Source of the DNA: an uncultured Chloroflexia bacterium
GTDB taxonomy: Bacteria; Chloroflexota; Limnocylindria; QHBO01
Direction of reading: 5' to 3'
DNA length: 64,000 nt
NCBI GenBank assembly: GCA_963725885.1
Contig: CAVSAH010000003.1
Span: 23,158 to 87,157 of the forward strand
A program made the translations under genes and the position numbers. Below are positions 42,472-55,563 of the stretch, piece by piece; within the stretch, counting starts at the first letter, position 1; each line of letters opens with the position of its first letter. The notes beneath the pieces are model-generated. The model saw only the letters and a program-made list of their open reading frames with translations. It ran no database searches and had not been told where the DNA came from.

Positions 42472-42862
42472 GGAGAGAGGGTACCGTCCCCGCCCGACGC
42501 GGGGCCGAGCGCATCGGCGGCGTCGGCCGGGCGCATCCTCAGGAACTCGCTGACGCCCATCAGCCCCAGGAAGAAGCGGACGGGCTGAGGCATCAGGCCC
42601 CGGCCGCCTCACCGCTGGCCATCACGTTCTTGACCCACTGCACGTCCGACGAGTACGTCAGGGCGAAGACCCGGTCATTGCCGGAGCGGAACACATTCAG
42701 AGGCGTGCGGTACGTCTTTCCCGACGTCCGCCCGCGGTAGCGCAGGATGCCGAATCCCGGAAGCCAGCGCGCGAAGCGACGGCTGATCGGGTTGAAGACG
42801 TGCGTCGTGAATGGCCGGATCACGGCCAGCGGCGGCTTCGGTGGCGGCGCGGATCGGGTCAT
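42468..42862 (-). pseudogene. Deazaflavin (F420)-dependent nitroreductase-family gene, frameshifted with an apparent internal deletion near 42600
   Basis: GRTSGKTYRTPLNVF and WVKNVMASG, then a jump to LMPQPVRFFLGLMGVSEFL in another frame; could be an assembly error. Confidence 0.6.
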
Positions 42863-44103
42863 GCAGCGGCGACGAGGCGCTCCACGGCGGCGAGGGGCAG
42901 CCACAGCCAATCCGGGCGGTTGGCGGCCTCGTAGCGAACCTCGTAGCACGCCTTTTCGAGCTCGAAGGCGTCGATGAGCGCCAGCTCCGATGGACCGATG
43001 CGCCCGCCGCGCGCGTAGGCACCCAGGAACGCCGAGCGCGCCGCGACGAGCCAGGTCGGGTCGAGGCTCGAGCTTGTCGTCGCGGCGGTGCGGGCCGCGT
43101 AGTCAAGGCTGCGCAGCATGCCGGCCACGTCGCGCAGCGGTGATCCGGGCATGCTGCGCTCGGCGAGCGGACGCGCCGGCTCACCCTCGAAGTCGATGAC
43201 GGCGAACCCGCCCTCCTCGCGTGCGAGGAGCTGGCCGAGGTGGTAGTCGCCGTGGACGCGCTGGACGGTCGCGGTGCCCGTGGACCGGCCGAAGCTGTCG
43301 GCGAGCCGCGCCCGCACCGCCGGCGCGGCGGCCACGAGCCGCTGGTGGGCCTCGCCGCCGAGGGCGGCCACCGCCCCGGCCAGCTGGCGTTCCGCCGAGG
43401 CCCGCCACTCGGCCGTCTCGGCGACGGTGGCGGCACGAACCGGGAACTGCGGGTGGTCCGGTCGGGAGGCCAGGACGGAGTGGAGGTCGGCGGTGAGCGC
43501 ACCGATCGTCGTGACCAGCTCGAGGGCATCGCGGTCGGCAGCGAGGGCCGCGAGCAGCGCCGTCCACCCGTCCCCAGTGGACATGACGAAGGACTGGAGC
43601 ATTGCCACGGCCGAGTCGCCGGACGCTTCCCGCATGACTGCGGTGCCATGGAGAGCCGGCGTGCCGGCGAAGCCCGCATCGGCGAGGAAGGCGCTCACCT
43701 CGAGGTCGGGGTTGTCACCCGGCTCGAGGAGCCGGAAGAGCTTGAGGATGAGTCGCTCGCCCAGCGCGACGGAGGTGTTCGACTGCTCGACGCCGAGGGC
43801 CCGAGGGGCCAGGCCCTCCAGCGCGCCGGGGGACGCGCCGGTGGGTGCCGCTTTGCAGACGAGCTCGAGGTTGCCGGCGGCGATCGTCGCACCGGCCAGC
43901 ATCGCCTCGGCAAGGCGGGTTGCCCATGCCTGACCTTCCGGGACGAGGTACCGCTCCGGCGCCGCGTCGGAGGCGAAGCCCACCTCGAGGACGGCGAGGG
44001 AAGCGTCGGGGGCGATCGTGACGCGGTGGGTCTCGACGACAGCGGCGACCGGGAGATGCTTCGAGCGGAACCAGCGGGCGGCGACGATCTCCTCGGGCGT
44101 CAT
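42859..44103 (-). CDS. Maltokinase (Mak/Pep2)
   Basis: RWFRSK, VEQSNTSV, VHGDYHLGQ, VIDFEGEP, PLRDVAGMLRS, EKACYEVRYE; ATGA-coupled. Confidence 0.9.
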   Translation of the reverse strand: MTPEEIVAARWFRSKHLPVAAVVETHRVTIAPDASLAVLEVGFASDAAPERYLVPEGQAWATRLAEAMLAGATIAAGNLELVCKAAPTGASPGALEGLAPRALGVEQSNTSVALGERLILKLFRLLEPGDNPDLEVSAFLADAGFAGTPALHGTAVMREASGDSAVAMLQSFVMSTGDGWTALLAALAADRDALELVTTIGALTADLHSVLASRPDHPQFPVRAATVAETAEWRASAERQLAGAVAALGGEAHQRLVAAAPAVRARLADSFGRSTGTATVQRVHGDYHLGQLLAREEGGFAVIDFEGEPARPLAERSMPGSPLRDVAGMLRSLDYAARTAATTSSSLDPTWLVAARSAFLGAYARGGRIGPSELALIDAFELEKACYEVRYEAANRPDWLWLPLAAVERLVAAA

Positions 44104-44645
44104 CCCGACCCGTCGTCGCCCCGGTCGCCACGGAAGCGCACGATCGGGCAAGGGACGTCGGCGAGCACCCAGTGCTGGTCGGCGATGTCGATGGCCAGTC
44201 CCATGCGCGGATAGAACGCCGCGGCCCGCGGATTGTCGCGGAAGGCCCACACCACGAGCGGATCGAAGCCACGCTCGCGCAGGTCTCCGACGGCGTGCTC
44301 GTACAGCATGCGGCCGACCCCGCTGCCGATGACGTCGGGATCGAGATACAGGTTCGTCAGCTCGCCCGCGCCCGCGGGCGGCGGCAGCCAGGTGTCCTTC
44401 GCCGGCGAGGTCGTGGCATAGCCGACGATCGACCCGTCCCGGAAAGCGACCCATGCGCGGCCCGGGCTGTCGGGCGCCCGATTCTCGAAGGCGGAGCGCC
44501 AGGTCGACGGTGCCTCGGCGATCCACTCGTCGAGGACCGGATCGGGCACGATCCCCCGGTACGTGGCCTCGTACGCCCGTGCGGCGACGCCGCCCATGGC
44601 CTCGGCATCGTCGATCGTGGCGAGCCGGACGGTCGTGACGCTCAT
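44100..44645 (-). CDS. GNAT family N-acetyltransferase
   Basis: [24 protein letters not shown]; ATGA overlaps on both sides. Confidence 0.85.
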   Translation of the reverse strand: MSVTTVRLATIDDAEAMGGVAARAYEATYRGIVPDPVLDEWIAEAPSTWRSAFENRAPDSPGRAWVAFRDGSIVGYATTSPAKDTWLPPPAGAGELTNLYLDPDVIGSGVGRMLYEHAVGDLRERGFDPLVVWAFRDNPRAAAFYPRMGLAIDIADQHWVLADVPCPIVRFRGDRGDDGSG

Positions 44646-46299
44646 CGGTCCTCGGTCAACTCGAACCAGTAGAAGCCGTGAGGACCCATGGTGAGCAGAT
44701 AGGTCAGCTCGCCGATCGGCGGGAAGCTCACGCGGCCGATGAGCTCGACGGGCACGCGACCCGAGTAGGGAGACAGGTCGAGCTCGACGTACTGGGCGAA
44801 GCGCGACAGGTTGGCCACGCACAGCACCGTCACACCGTCGTGCTCGCGCAGGTAGGCGAGGACGCGGCGGTTCTCCGGGTGAAGGAACTCGAGGCTCCCG
44901 CGGCCGAACACCGGGTACTGCTTGCGGACGCCGATCATCCGCTTCATCCAGTTGAGCAGCGACCCCGGGATGCGCTGCTGGGCCTCGACGTTGACGGCCT
45001 GGTAGCCGTAGACCGGGTCCGAGACGAGAGGCGCGTACAGCGCGTGCGTGTCTGCCGTGCTGAAGCCGGCGTTGCGATCGCCGGTCCACTGCATCGGCGT
45101 GCGCACCCCGTTGCGATCGCCGAGGTAGACGTTGTCCCCCATCCCGATCTCGTCGCCGTAGTAGATGACCGGCGTGCCGCGCATGCTGAACAGGAGCGAG
45201 TTCAGCAGCTCGAGGCGGCGGCGGCTGTTGTCGACGAGCGGCGCGAGCCGGCGCCGGATGCCGAGGTTGATGCGCATCCGGGCGTCTCGCGCGTACTCGG
45301 TGTACATGAAGTCGCGCTCCTCGTCGGTCACCATTTCGAGCGTCAGCTCGTCGTGGTTGCGCAGGAAGAGCGCCCACTGCGCTCCGTCGGGGATCTCCGG
45401 CGTCTGGTCCATGATCTCGATGATCGGGTAGCGATCCTCGCGGCGGAGCGCGATCCAGATGCGCGGCATGAGCGGGAAGTGAAAGGCCATGTGGCACTCC
45501 GGCTCGTCGACGCTGCCGAAGTAGGGCAGGACGTCGGGCGGCCACTGGTTGGCCTCGGCCAGCAGCATGCGTCCGGGATAGCGTTCGTCCATGTCGGCAC
45601 GAAGCTGCCGCAGCACGGCGTGGGTCTCCGGCAGGTTCTCGCCGTTGGTTCCGTCGCGCTCGACGAGGTAGGGCACCGCGTCGAGGCGCAGCCCGTCGAC
45701 CCCGAGATCCAGCCAGAAGCGCATGACCCGCATGACGGCCTTGACGACCTGCGGGTTGTCGAAGTTCAGGTCGGGCTGGTGGTGGAAGAACCGATGCCAG
45801 TAGTACTGGCCCGTCTCCGCGTCCCAGGTCCAGTTGCTCGTCTCGGTGTCGGTGAAGATGATCCGCGCGTCGGCGTAGCGCTGGTCGGTGTCGCTCCACA
45901 CGTACCAGTCGCGCTTCGCGTTGCGGCGGCTGGAGCGCGACTCGATGAACCACGGGTGCTGGTCGCTGGTGTGGTTGATGACGAGCTCGGTGATGACGCG
46001 CAGGCCGCGCCGATGCGCCTCGCGGATGAAGGCGCGCGCATCGCGCAGCGTGCCGTAGTCGGGGTGGACCGTGCCGTAGGCCGCGATGTCGTACCCGTCG
46101 TCACGCAGCGGGCTCGGATAGAACGGCAGCAGCCAGATGGCCGTGACGCCCAGCTCGGCGAGGTAGTCGAGGCGTGCAGTGAGCCCGGCGAAGTCGCCGA
46201 TGCCGTCGCCGGACGAATCGGTGAAGGCCTTGACGTGGAGCTGGTAGATGACCGCGTCGCGGTACCAATCGGGTGGTGCCTCGGTCGGCGCTGGCGTGG

Positions 46300-46303
<4 letters not shown>
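44642..46303 (-). CDS. treS: Trehalose synthase / maltose alpha-D-glucosyltransferase TreS
   Basis: [62 protein letters not shown]. Confidence 0.96.
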
Positions 46304-48414
<2,111 letters not shown>

Positions 48415-48456
48415 GGCTGGGGGCAACCCTACACCGATTCGCTCACAATGAGCCCG

Positions 48457-49726
48457 ATGAAGCAGCCCGGCCGCCGTTTCGCGGCCCTCGCCATCGCGGC
48501 CCTGCTCACCGCATGCACCGGGGCCGCGTCGAGCGCAACGGCGATTCCGACCACCCCGGGCCCGAGCTCGGACGCGCCACCGAGCCGCCCGGCGGAGCCG
48601 CCCGGCCCCAGCCGTGGCGCGAGCGCCGCGGCCAGCGTCCCGGCCAGCCTTCCGCCCATCAGCGACGAGCCGCCGCCGCTCGACCTCACCCAGGTCGGCG
48701 CCTTCAACGAGCCGATCGGGATCGCCACGGCGCCGGAGGGCTGGCTCCTGGTCAACGAGCGGCCCGGACGGGTGATGGCACTGCACCCTGGCTCCGGTGA
48801 GACCTCCGTCGCGGTGGACCTCACCGACCGCGTCCGCGTCGGCGGAGAGCAGGGCCTGCTCGGCCTGGTGCTTCATCCACTCTGGCCTGACGTGCCGCGT
48901 GCCTTCGTCCACTACACCGACGAGGCGGGTGACACGGTCCTCGCCGAGCTCGCGGGCGTGCAGCCCAAGGGCGGGCCCCCGACGTTCGACGCGTCCTCGC
49001 AGCGGGTCATGCTCCGCGTCGACCAGCCCTACGACAACCACAACGGCGGCCAGCTCGCCTTCGGGCCGGACGGGTACCTCTACTTCGGACTCGGTGACGG
49101 CGGTTCCCAAGGGGACCCGCACGGGCACGGGCAGGATGCGTCGACGCTGCTCGGTTCGATCCTCCGGCTCGACGTCGAGGGCGATCCGTATGGGATTCCT
49201 GCCGACAACCCCTTCGCCGACGGCGAGGGCGGCGCGCCGGAGGTGTACCTCGTCGGCCTGCGCAACCCGTGGCGCTTCAGCTTCGACCGCCTGACCGGGG
49301 AGCTGTGGATCGCCGACGTCGGGCAGAACGGGTACGAGGAGGTGAACCGCATCGATCCCGACACCGACGCGGGCGCGAACCTGGGCTGGAACCAGATGGA
49401 GGCATCGCACTGCTTCCTCCTGGTCTGCTCGACCGAGGGCCTGCTGCTGCCGGTGGCAGAGTACGACCACGGAAGCGGCTGCTCGATCACCGGCGGGTAC
49501 GTCTACCGCGGCTCCGCCATTGACGGGCTGGGCGGCTGGTACCTGTTCAGCGACTACTGCTCGGGCATCCTCTTCGCCGTCCGGTCGGATGTGACCGAGG
49601 TCACGACGCCGCGCATCCTGCTCCAGACTGGGCTTGGCGGTCAGCGCCTTCGGCGAGGGCGGCGATGGCGAGCTCTACGTTGCCGACCTGGACTCGGGGG
49701 GCGTCTTCCGCATCGGCCCAGGCTGA
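48457..49726 (+). CDS. PQQ-dependent glucose/sorbosone dehydrogenase-like lipoprotein; frameshift ~49636
   Basis: Lipobox LLTAC; HNGGQLAFGPDGYLY, GLRNPWRFSFD, CSITGGYVYRG; alternative frame ends SAFGEGGDGELYV...*. Confidence 0.87.
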
Positions 49727-50409
49727 GCACCGAGGGCGCCGAGGGCCCGGAGGCTCACCCAGCGGCCCCGGCCGATGACGAGGTGGTCGAGAAGCTCGAT
49801 GTCGAGCATGCGCCCCGCCTCCGCGAGCTCGGAGGTGATCCGCAGGTCCTCGCCGGACGGCGTCGTGTCGCCGCTGGGATGGTTGTGGGCCACGATGATC
49901 GCCGCGGCGCATGCCCGGACGGCGTCGCGATAGACCTCGCCGATGCGGACCGACGAGCCGGCCAGGTTGCCCATGTACACCGTCCGCTCCCCGGTGACGG
50001 TGTTGCGGGTGTCGAGCAGGAGGACGCGAAGCTCCTCGCGCTCGAGGGCGCCCATGGCATCGATGAGCGGCTCGGCGACGTCGGTCGGCGTGCGGATCGT
50101 CCACGGGTCGACCGGCCAGCTTCGCGCCAGGCGCTGCCCGAGCTCGACGGCCGCGGACAGGCGCGGCGCGGCACCTGATGCCACGCCGGCAAGCCGCAGC
50201 TCGGCCGGGTGTGCTCGTGCCACCCCGGCTAGCGAGCCGAACCGATCGATCAGCCGCCTGGACAGGCGGCGGGCCGTGGCGCCGGCCCCGAGGACGATGG
50301 CGAGCAGCTCCTCGTCGCTGCACGCGTCGGAGCCATGACGTTCCAGGAGGGCGCCTTCGGCCGCCGGGCGGTGTCGATCGATGCCGATGGGAGTCGGTCG
50401 CGTTGCCAT
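49675..50409 (-). CDS. radC: RadC/JAB-domain protein
   Basis: EELLAIVL, EELRVLLLD, HNHPSGDTTPSGED, LLDHLVIG. Confidence 0.92.
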   Translation of the reverse strand: MATRPTPIGIDRHRPAAEGALLERHGSDACSDEELLAIVLGAGATARRLSRRLIDRFGSLAGVARAHPAELRLAGVASGAAPRLSAAVELGQRLARSWPVDPWTIRTPTDVAEPLIDAMGALEREELRVLLLDTRNTVTGERTVYMGNLAGSSVRIGEVYRDAVRACAAAIIVAHNHPSGDTTPSGEDLRITSELAEAGRMLDIELLDHLVIGRGRWVSLRALGALGAQPGPMRKTPPESRSAT

Positions 50410-50459
50410 GTCGGCGACGGTATCGCGGAGCCGTTCATCGGCGGCTTACCGGGCGCTTA

Positions 50460-51521
50460 TCAGACCGGAATCGGGATGATCTCGAACCGCACGAGCAGGG
50501 CGAGGCCGACGGAGATGCCGTTGACGGTGGCGTGCATCGCCATCGGCGCAAGGAGGGTGTGCCCGCTGCGCTCGTAGACCCACGCCAGCGCGAGACCGAG
50601 CGCGAAGATCGGCACGAGCGAGACCAGGGACACGTGGATGACCGCGAAGAGCGCGGCCGAGCCGATGTAGGCGTACCGTCGCCCGCCCTCGCGGAGCCAC
50701 GCGTTGAACGCGACGCCCCGGAAGAAGATCTCCTCGGCGATGGGCGCGACGAGGACGACGCCGAACACGATGAGCCACGGCTCGAAGGATTGGACCGCGA
50801 GCTCCGCGGCGCCCGGATCGGGCGGGAAGCCGAGCTGCGTGAGCACGAACGTCGCGAGGGCCAGAAGCAGCGACGAGCCGAGCCAGGCGAGCACGCCCCA
50901 GCCGACCCCCATGGCGAGCGCGCGGACGGGCGCGGGCCCCGGGAAGGACGGCAGGTTGGCAAGGGCATCCGGCAGCGCCACGAAGAGGCCCGTCACCACC
51001 AGCAGCGCCACCGAGGTCGAAACGAGGATCACGAAGCCGCCGAACAGCGTCGGCTCGCTGCCGCCGCCGAGCAGCGCCTCGGCATCGCCCGTGAACGGTG
51101 CGACGAGGAGGCTGCCGAAGACGACCACCATCACCACCAGGAGGACGACCGACGGCCCGCGGTAGCGCTCCGGTGGGAGCACCCGCCGCTGGAGGATCTG
51201 GCGGATTGCGACGTAGACGAGGCCCGCCGTGAAGAGGGCGAGCCCGACGAGGGTCACGGCGAGGACCGTGCCGGCGTCGGCGTCGAGCTGGCCGGCGACG
51301 ATCAGCGAGGCGCTGCCGACGCCGCCGAAGGCGAGCAGCGCCCCGCCGATGATCATCAGCGGCCCGGGCCAGCGGGGCGGCAGCGGGGTTCCCGGCCCGA
51401 GCGTGGGATGCGGGCCGGAAGGGAGAGCTCCGCTGGCAGGCTCGATCGAGGGCGCGGGCTCAATCAGTGGCGCGGGAGGGAACTGGGAGGGCTCGACCGG
51501 GTCGGTCGGCGTGCCGTTCAG
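50460..51521 (-). CDS. CPBP (Abi/CAAX-like) intramembrane glutamic protease; start uncertain (CTG 51521 or ATG 51356)
   Basis: APIAEEIFFRG, FAVIH, AMHATVN; many TMs; fused to the upstream gene in the track, probably through an indel. Confidence 0.85.
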   Translation of the reverse strand: MNGTPTDPVEPSQFPPAPLIEPAPSIEPASGALPSGPHPTLGPGTPLPPRWPGPLMIIGGALLAFGGVGSASLIVAGQLDADAGTVLAVTLVGLALFTAGLVYVAIRQILQRRVLPPERYRGPSVVLLVVMVVVFGSLLVAPFTGDAEALLGGGSEPTLFGGFVILVSTSVALLVVTGLFVALPDALANLPSFPGPAPVRALAMGVGWGVLAWLGSSLLLALATFVLTQLGFPPDPGAAELAVQSFEPWLIVFGVVLVAPIAEEIFFRGVAFNAWLREGGRRYAYIGSAALFAVIHVSLVSLVPIFALGLALAWVYERSGHTLLAPMAMHATVNGISVGLALLVRFEIIPIPV

Positions 51522-52116
51522 GTGTTCGGCGCCTCGCTCAGCCGAGCGCGCTCGGCCGTATCGGCCGGGACCGGATCGACGGTCGCCTCGGTGGCGGCGG
51601 CCTCGGGAGCCTTCTGCGCGCGCGGCGGCGCGCTGGGGCCGCTCGAGCTCACGACCGCAGTAGGCGCACAGCGGCCAGTGCGGCTCCGCCAGCCGGTTGC
51701 ACGACGGGCAGACCCGATGCAGCCGGGTGCGGCAGTTCGGGCAGACGATCCAGTCGGCGTCGACGCGGTCGCGGCACACCGGGCACAGCTCGTTCTTCTC
51801 GACCTCGGCCAGCAGGCTCTCCTCGGCGAGGGAGCGCTCGTACACCTCGGCCAGCGTCTCGCGCGGCCGGACGATGAGGTACAGGATCACCGCGAACAGG
51901 AACAGCAGCGGGGTGAAGAAGATGATCAGCGCCGCGGCGAAGTACGGCAGGATCGGGTTCTCCGTCCGGGCCTGCATGTCGCGGAAGGCCCAGTAGGCGG
52001 TGCCGAGCCACAGCAGCACGACGTAGATCACGATCAGCTGGCTCGCCAGCTGAACGATCGGGTTGTTCAGGAACCCGTTCCCAGAACTCCGCGATCGGTT
52101 CGAGAATCGCGTCCAT
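51518..52116 (-). CDS. Membrane protein with C-terminal double zinc ribbon; frameshifts ~52085 and ~51620
   Basis: 2-3 TMs then CPVC...CPNC...CPSC...CAYC; ATG 52116 with GAGG; alternative frame ends AQKAPEAAATEATVDP...EAPNT*. Confidence 0.75.
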
Positions 52117-52239
52117 TGACCTCTGTACTGGCCTCTGCTGCGGGGTTTCGCGCGCTGCGGCGCACGCGGCATCGTAGCACGGGACGGGTCCTGAGCCGAT
52201 CCGGCACCCCTGACGCAGCGCTCCCGCAGCCTGTTGCCG

Positions 52240-52800
52240 TCAGCCGGTCACGAGCCCTCGCAACGTCGCCACCAGCAGCCGATGCTCCTCGGCGAGCACC
52301 CGCGCGGCGAGCGTCTCGGCGTCGTCACCGGGCAGCACCGGGACCCGGACGCTGGCCAGGATCGGCCCGCCATCGAGGTCGCCGGTCACCTCGTGGATCG
52401 TCGCACCGGTCTCGGAATCACCTGCGGCCAGGACCGACCGATGCACGGCCAGGCCCACCATCCCGCGTCCACCGTGCGCCGGCAGCAGCGACGGATGGAT
52501 GTTGATCGCTCGACCGCCGTAGGCGGCGAAGAACGAGGGCCGCAGCACCTGGTCGTAGCCGGCCAGGAGGGCCAGCGTCACGCCGGCATCGGTCAGGGCG
52601 CTGCCGATCGCGGCATCCCGGGCATCGGCGTCGGCAAAGGCGGCCCGCGCCAGGACGAGGTTCTGTACTCCGTGCGCCGATGCGACCTCGATGGCGCGCA
52701 CGTCCGGCCGGTTCGAGATGACCAGGGCGACGTCCAGGCCGGCCTGGAGCACCGCCTCGAGGTTCGAGCCACGGCCCGAGACGAGGACACCAAGCCTCAT
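52240..52800 (-). CDS. purN: Phosphoribosylglycinamide formyltransferase
   Basis: VLVSGRGSNL, LAGYDQVL, INIHPSLLP, GATIHEV, DGGPIL, EEHRL. Confidence 0.95.
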   Translation of the reverse strand: MRLGVLVSGRGSNLEAVLQAGLDVALVISNRPDVRAIEVASAHGVQNLVLARAAFADADARDAAIGSALTDAGVTLALLAGYDQVLRPSFFAAYGGRAINIHPSLLPAHGGRGMVGLAVHRSVLAAGDSETGATIHEVTGDLDGGPILASVRVPVLPGDDAETLAARVLAEEHRLLVATLRGLVTG

Positions 52801-53828
52801 GCGAAGCGGACGCGCGCCTGCCCCTCCGGCACCTCCACCACCCGGCCGATGCGGTACGCGTCGGGGACCGCGGTGAGCGCCGCCTCGGCGTGGGCGGCCG
52901 GGACGACCGCGGTCATGCCGATGCCGAGGTTGAAGGTGCGGGTCATCTCCTCGTCGGCGATGTCGCCGCGCTGCTGGATCAGGGAGAAGATCATCGGCAC
53001 CGGCCACGAGCCGGTGTCGACGTCGACGCCCAGGCCGGGCGGCAGCGTGCGCGGCACGTTGCCCTCCCAGCCGCCGCCGGTGACGTGGGCCAGCGCGCCG
53101 ATGTCGCCGCCGTCGGCACGCAGCGTTCGCCGCAGGAGGCGCACGTCGTCGAGGTACGACCGATGCGTCTCGAGCAGCGCGTCGCCAACGCTCGCCGCGC
53201 CGCCGGGCATCGGCTGCGACCAGGTCGACTCGGGCAGGATCCGACGGGCGAGGGTGTAGCCGTTCGTATGGAGCCCGGTCGAGGCCAGGCCGATGAGCAC
53301 GTCGCCCGCACCGACGCCCGCCCCGTCGATCAGGTCGGCACGCGCCACGACGCCGACGGCGAATCCGACGAGGTCGTAGTCGCCGCCGCGGTACAGGTCG
53401 GGCATCTGTGCCGTCTCTCCGCCGACGAGCGGGATGCCCGCGGCCGCGCACCCCGCCGCGACCCCGCCGACGATCTCCTCGACGACGTCGGCGCGAAGGT
53501 CGCCGATGCCGAGGTAGTCGAGAAAGAAGAGCGGATCGGCGCCGGTCACGGCGATGTCGTTCAAGCATGCGTGCACGAGGTCGATCCCGACGGTGTCGTG
53601 GCGGCCGAGCGCGAGCGCCACCTTGAGCTTCGTGCCGACGCCGTCGGTGCTGCTCACGAGCACGGGGTCAGGATGGGTGGACGGGTCGAATCGGAACAGG
53701 CCGGCGAATCCCCCGACGCCCCCGAGGACCGCCGGCGTCAGCGTGGACGCCGCCGCACGCCCGATGCGCTCGACGGCGCGCTCCGCCTCGGCGACATCGA
53801 CACCGGCCTCACGGTAGGTGCGCGCCAT
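52797..53828 (-). CDS. purM: Phosphoribosylformylglycinamidine cyclo-ligase (AIR synthase)
   Basis: TYREAGVD, SSTDGVGTKL, PLFFLDY, GGETAQMP, GLHTNGY, AHVTGGG, TFNLGIG. Confidence 0.96.
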   Translation of the reverse strand: MARTYREAGVDVAEAERAVERIGRAAASTLTPAVLGGVGGFAGLFRFDPSTHPDPVLVSSTDGVGTKLKVALALGRHDTVGIDLVHACLNDIAVTGADPLFFLDYLGIGDLRADVVEEIVGGVAAGCAAAGIPLVGGETAQMPDLYRGGDYDLVGFAVGVVARADLIDGAGVGAGDVLIGLASTGLHTNGYTLARRILPESTWSQPMPGGAASVGDALLETHRSYLDDVRLLRRTLRADGGDIGALAHVTGGGWEGNVPRTLPPGLGVDVDTGSWPVPMIFSLIQQRGDIADEEMTRTFNLGIGMTAVVPAAHAEAALTAVPDAYRIGRVVEVPEGQARVRFA

Positions 53829-53844
53829 CGGACCGCTCGCCGCC

Positions 53845-55329
53845 TCAGCGGCGTTCGAGCGCGAGCTTGTCGAGCTCGAGCGGGACGTCGGTCGGGTAGT
53901 TGCCGTCGAAGCAGGCGGTGCAGTGCGACCCGGCTCGGCCACCGACCGCTGCGAGAAGGCCCTCCCTGGAGAGGTAGCCGAGCGTAGTCGGCGCCGATGG
54001 CGCGTCGAATCTCGTCGGTCGAGTGCGTGGCCGCGATGAGCTCGTCCCGGCGCCCGGTGTCGACGCCCATGTAGCACGGGTGGCGCATCTCCGGCGAGTG
54101 GATCCGGACGTGAACCTCGGCCGCGCCGGCGCGTCGCAGCATGGCCACGATCGGCCCGGTCGTCGTGCCGCGCACGATCGAGTCGTCCACGACGACCACG
54201 CGCTTGCCGGACAGCAGCTCCGGCAGCGGGTTGAACTTCAGGCGCACCGCCTCCTCCCGGCTCGCCTGGAGCGGCTGGATGAAGGTGCGCCCGATGTATC
54301 GGCTCTTGATGAGCCCCTCGCGGTAGGGCAGCCCGGCTTCCTCCGCGTAGCCGATGGCAGCGGGGATGGCCGAGTCGGGAACGGCGATGACCAGGTCCGC
54401 ATCGGCTGGGTGCTCGCGTGCCAGGCGGCGGCCCATCTCGAGGCGAGCCTCGTACAGGAGCCGGCCACCGATGACGCTGTCGGGCCGGGCGAGGTAGACG
54501 TACTCGAAGACGCACAGCTTCTCCCGCTCGGGCGTGGCGCGCGGGGAGCGGAAGGAGTCGAGCCCGGACTCCGTGATGGTGATCACCTCGCCGGGCTCGA
54601 CGTCGCGAACGAACCGCGCGCCCATCGCGTCGAGGGCGGCGCTCTCCGACGCAACGACCCAGCCGCCGCCGGGCAGCCGCCCGAGCGCCAGCGGCCGGAA
54701 GCCGACCGGGTCGCGGGCGGCAACCAGCGCCTCGGCGGTGAGCATCGTGAAGGTGAAGGCCCCGGTGATCCGGTGGAACGCGTGGTCGACGCGTTGCGCC
54801 CACGTGCGGCCGGGAGCGTGGGCAATCAGCTTGGCGAGGACCTCGGTGTCGGAGGCCGTGATGAACTCGACGCCCTGCTCGGTGAGCTCGTCGCGGAGCC
54901 AGCGCGCGTTGGTGAGGTTGCCGTTGTGGCCGAGCATCAGCTCGCCGCGCTCCGTGCGCGCGTAGACCGGCTGGACGTTGGGCAGCGTGTTCGAGCCCGT
55001 CGTGCTGTACCGCGTGTGGCCGATGGCGGCCCGCGGCGCCTTGCCGCCGTCGTCCTGCGCCAGGCGCGCCAGCGCCTCCTCGTCGAACACCGCGCTGACC
55101 AGCCCGAGACGCTTGTGCAGTGCGAGCCGCTCTCCGTCACTGACCGCGATGCCGGCCGACTCCTGCCCACGATGCTGGAGGGCGTGAAGCCCGACGTAGG
55201 CCAGGCGGGCGACGTCGCCGTCAGGCGCCCAGATGCCCGACGACGCCGCACTCCTCGCGCGGGCCGTTCGGGTGGTAGGTGGGGAAGGGGTCGACGGTAC
55301 GGGGGGTGCAGCCTGATCGGGACGCGCAC
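53845..55329 (-). CDS. purF: Amidophosphoribosyltransferase; frameshifts ~55303, ~55238, ~53975
   Basis: REECGVV (shifted frame), LQHRGQESAG, GHTRYST, HNGNL, SDTEV, CVFEYVYLARPDS, VVVDDSIVRGTT, ending HCTACFDGNYP. Confidence 0.93.
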
Positions 55330-55563
55330 GATGGGCGTGATCAGGTGGGTCGGTGCGGGCCGGGCACGAGGCCATCATAGCCGGGCGCCAACCATTGACC
55401 GGCCGATTCACGGCGCTCCGCGACCCCTCGTCGAATGGTACGGGTCGAGTACTGCACCGGACCGCACTTCGACCCCGGGACGGTGCAAACCGGGAGTGCC
55501 GACGCGCACCGCGTGACGATCGACCCATGGTGGACGGGGTACTCCGGCCCCATCCTCGATCAC

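Noticed and set aside
49675-50409. radC as a sign of a mobile or anti-restriction element
   Set aside because: Full-length chromosomal-type RadC with N-terminal helical region and no mobility genes nearby.
55470-55520. GCAAACC...GACGC upstream of the GGDEF gene as a c-di-GMP-I riboswitch
   Set aside because: Lacks the GNRA-capped stem and the GACGCAAAG/receptor elements; only two short words match.
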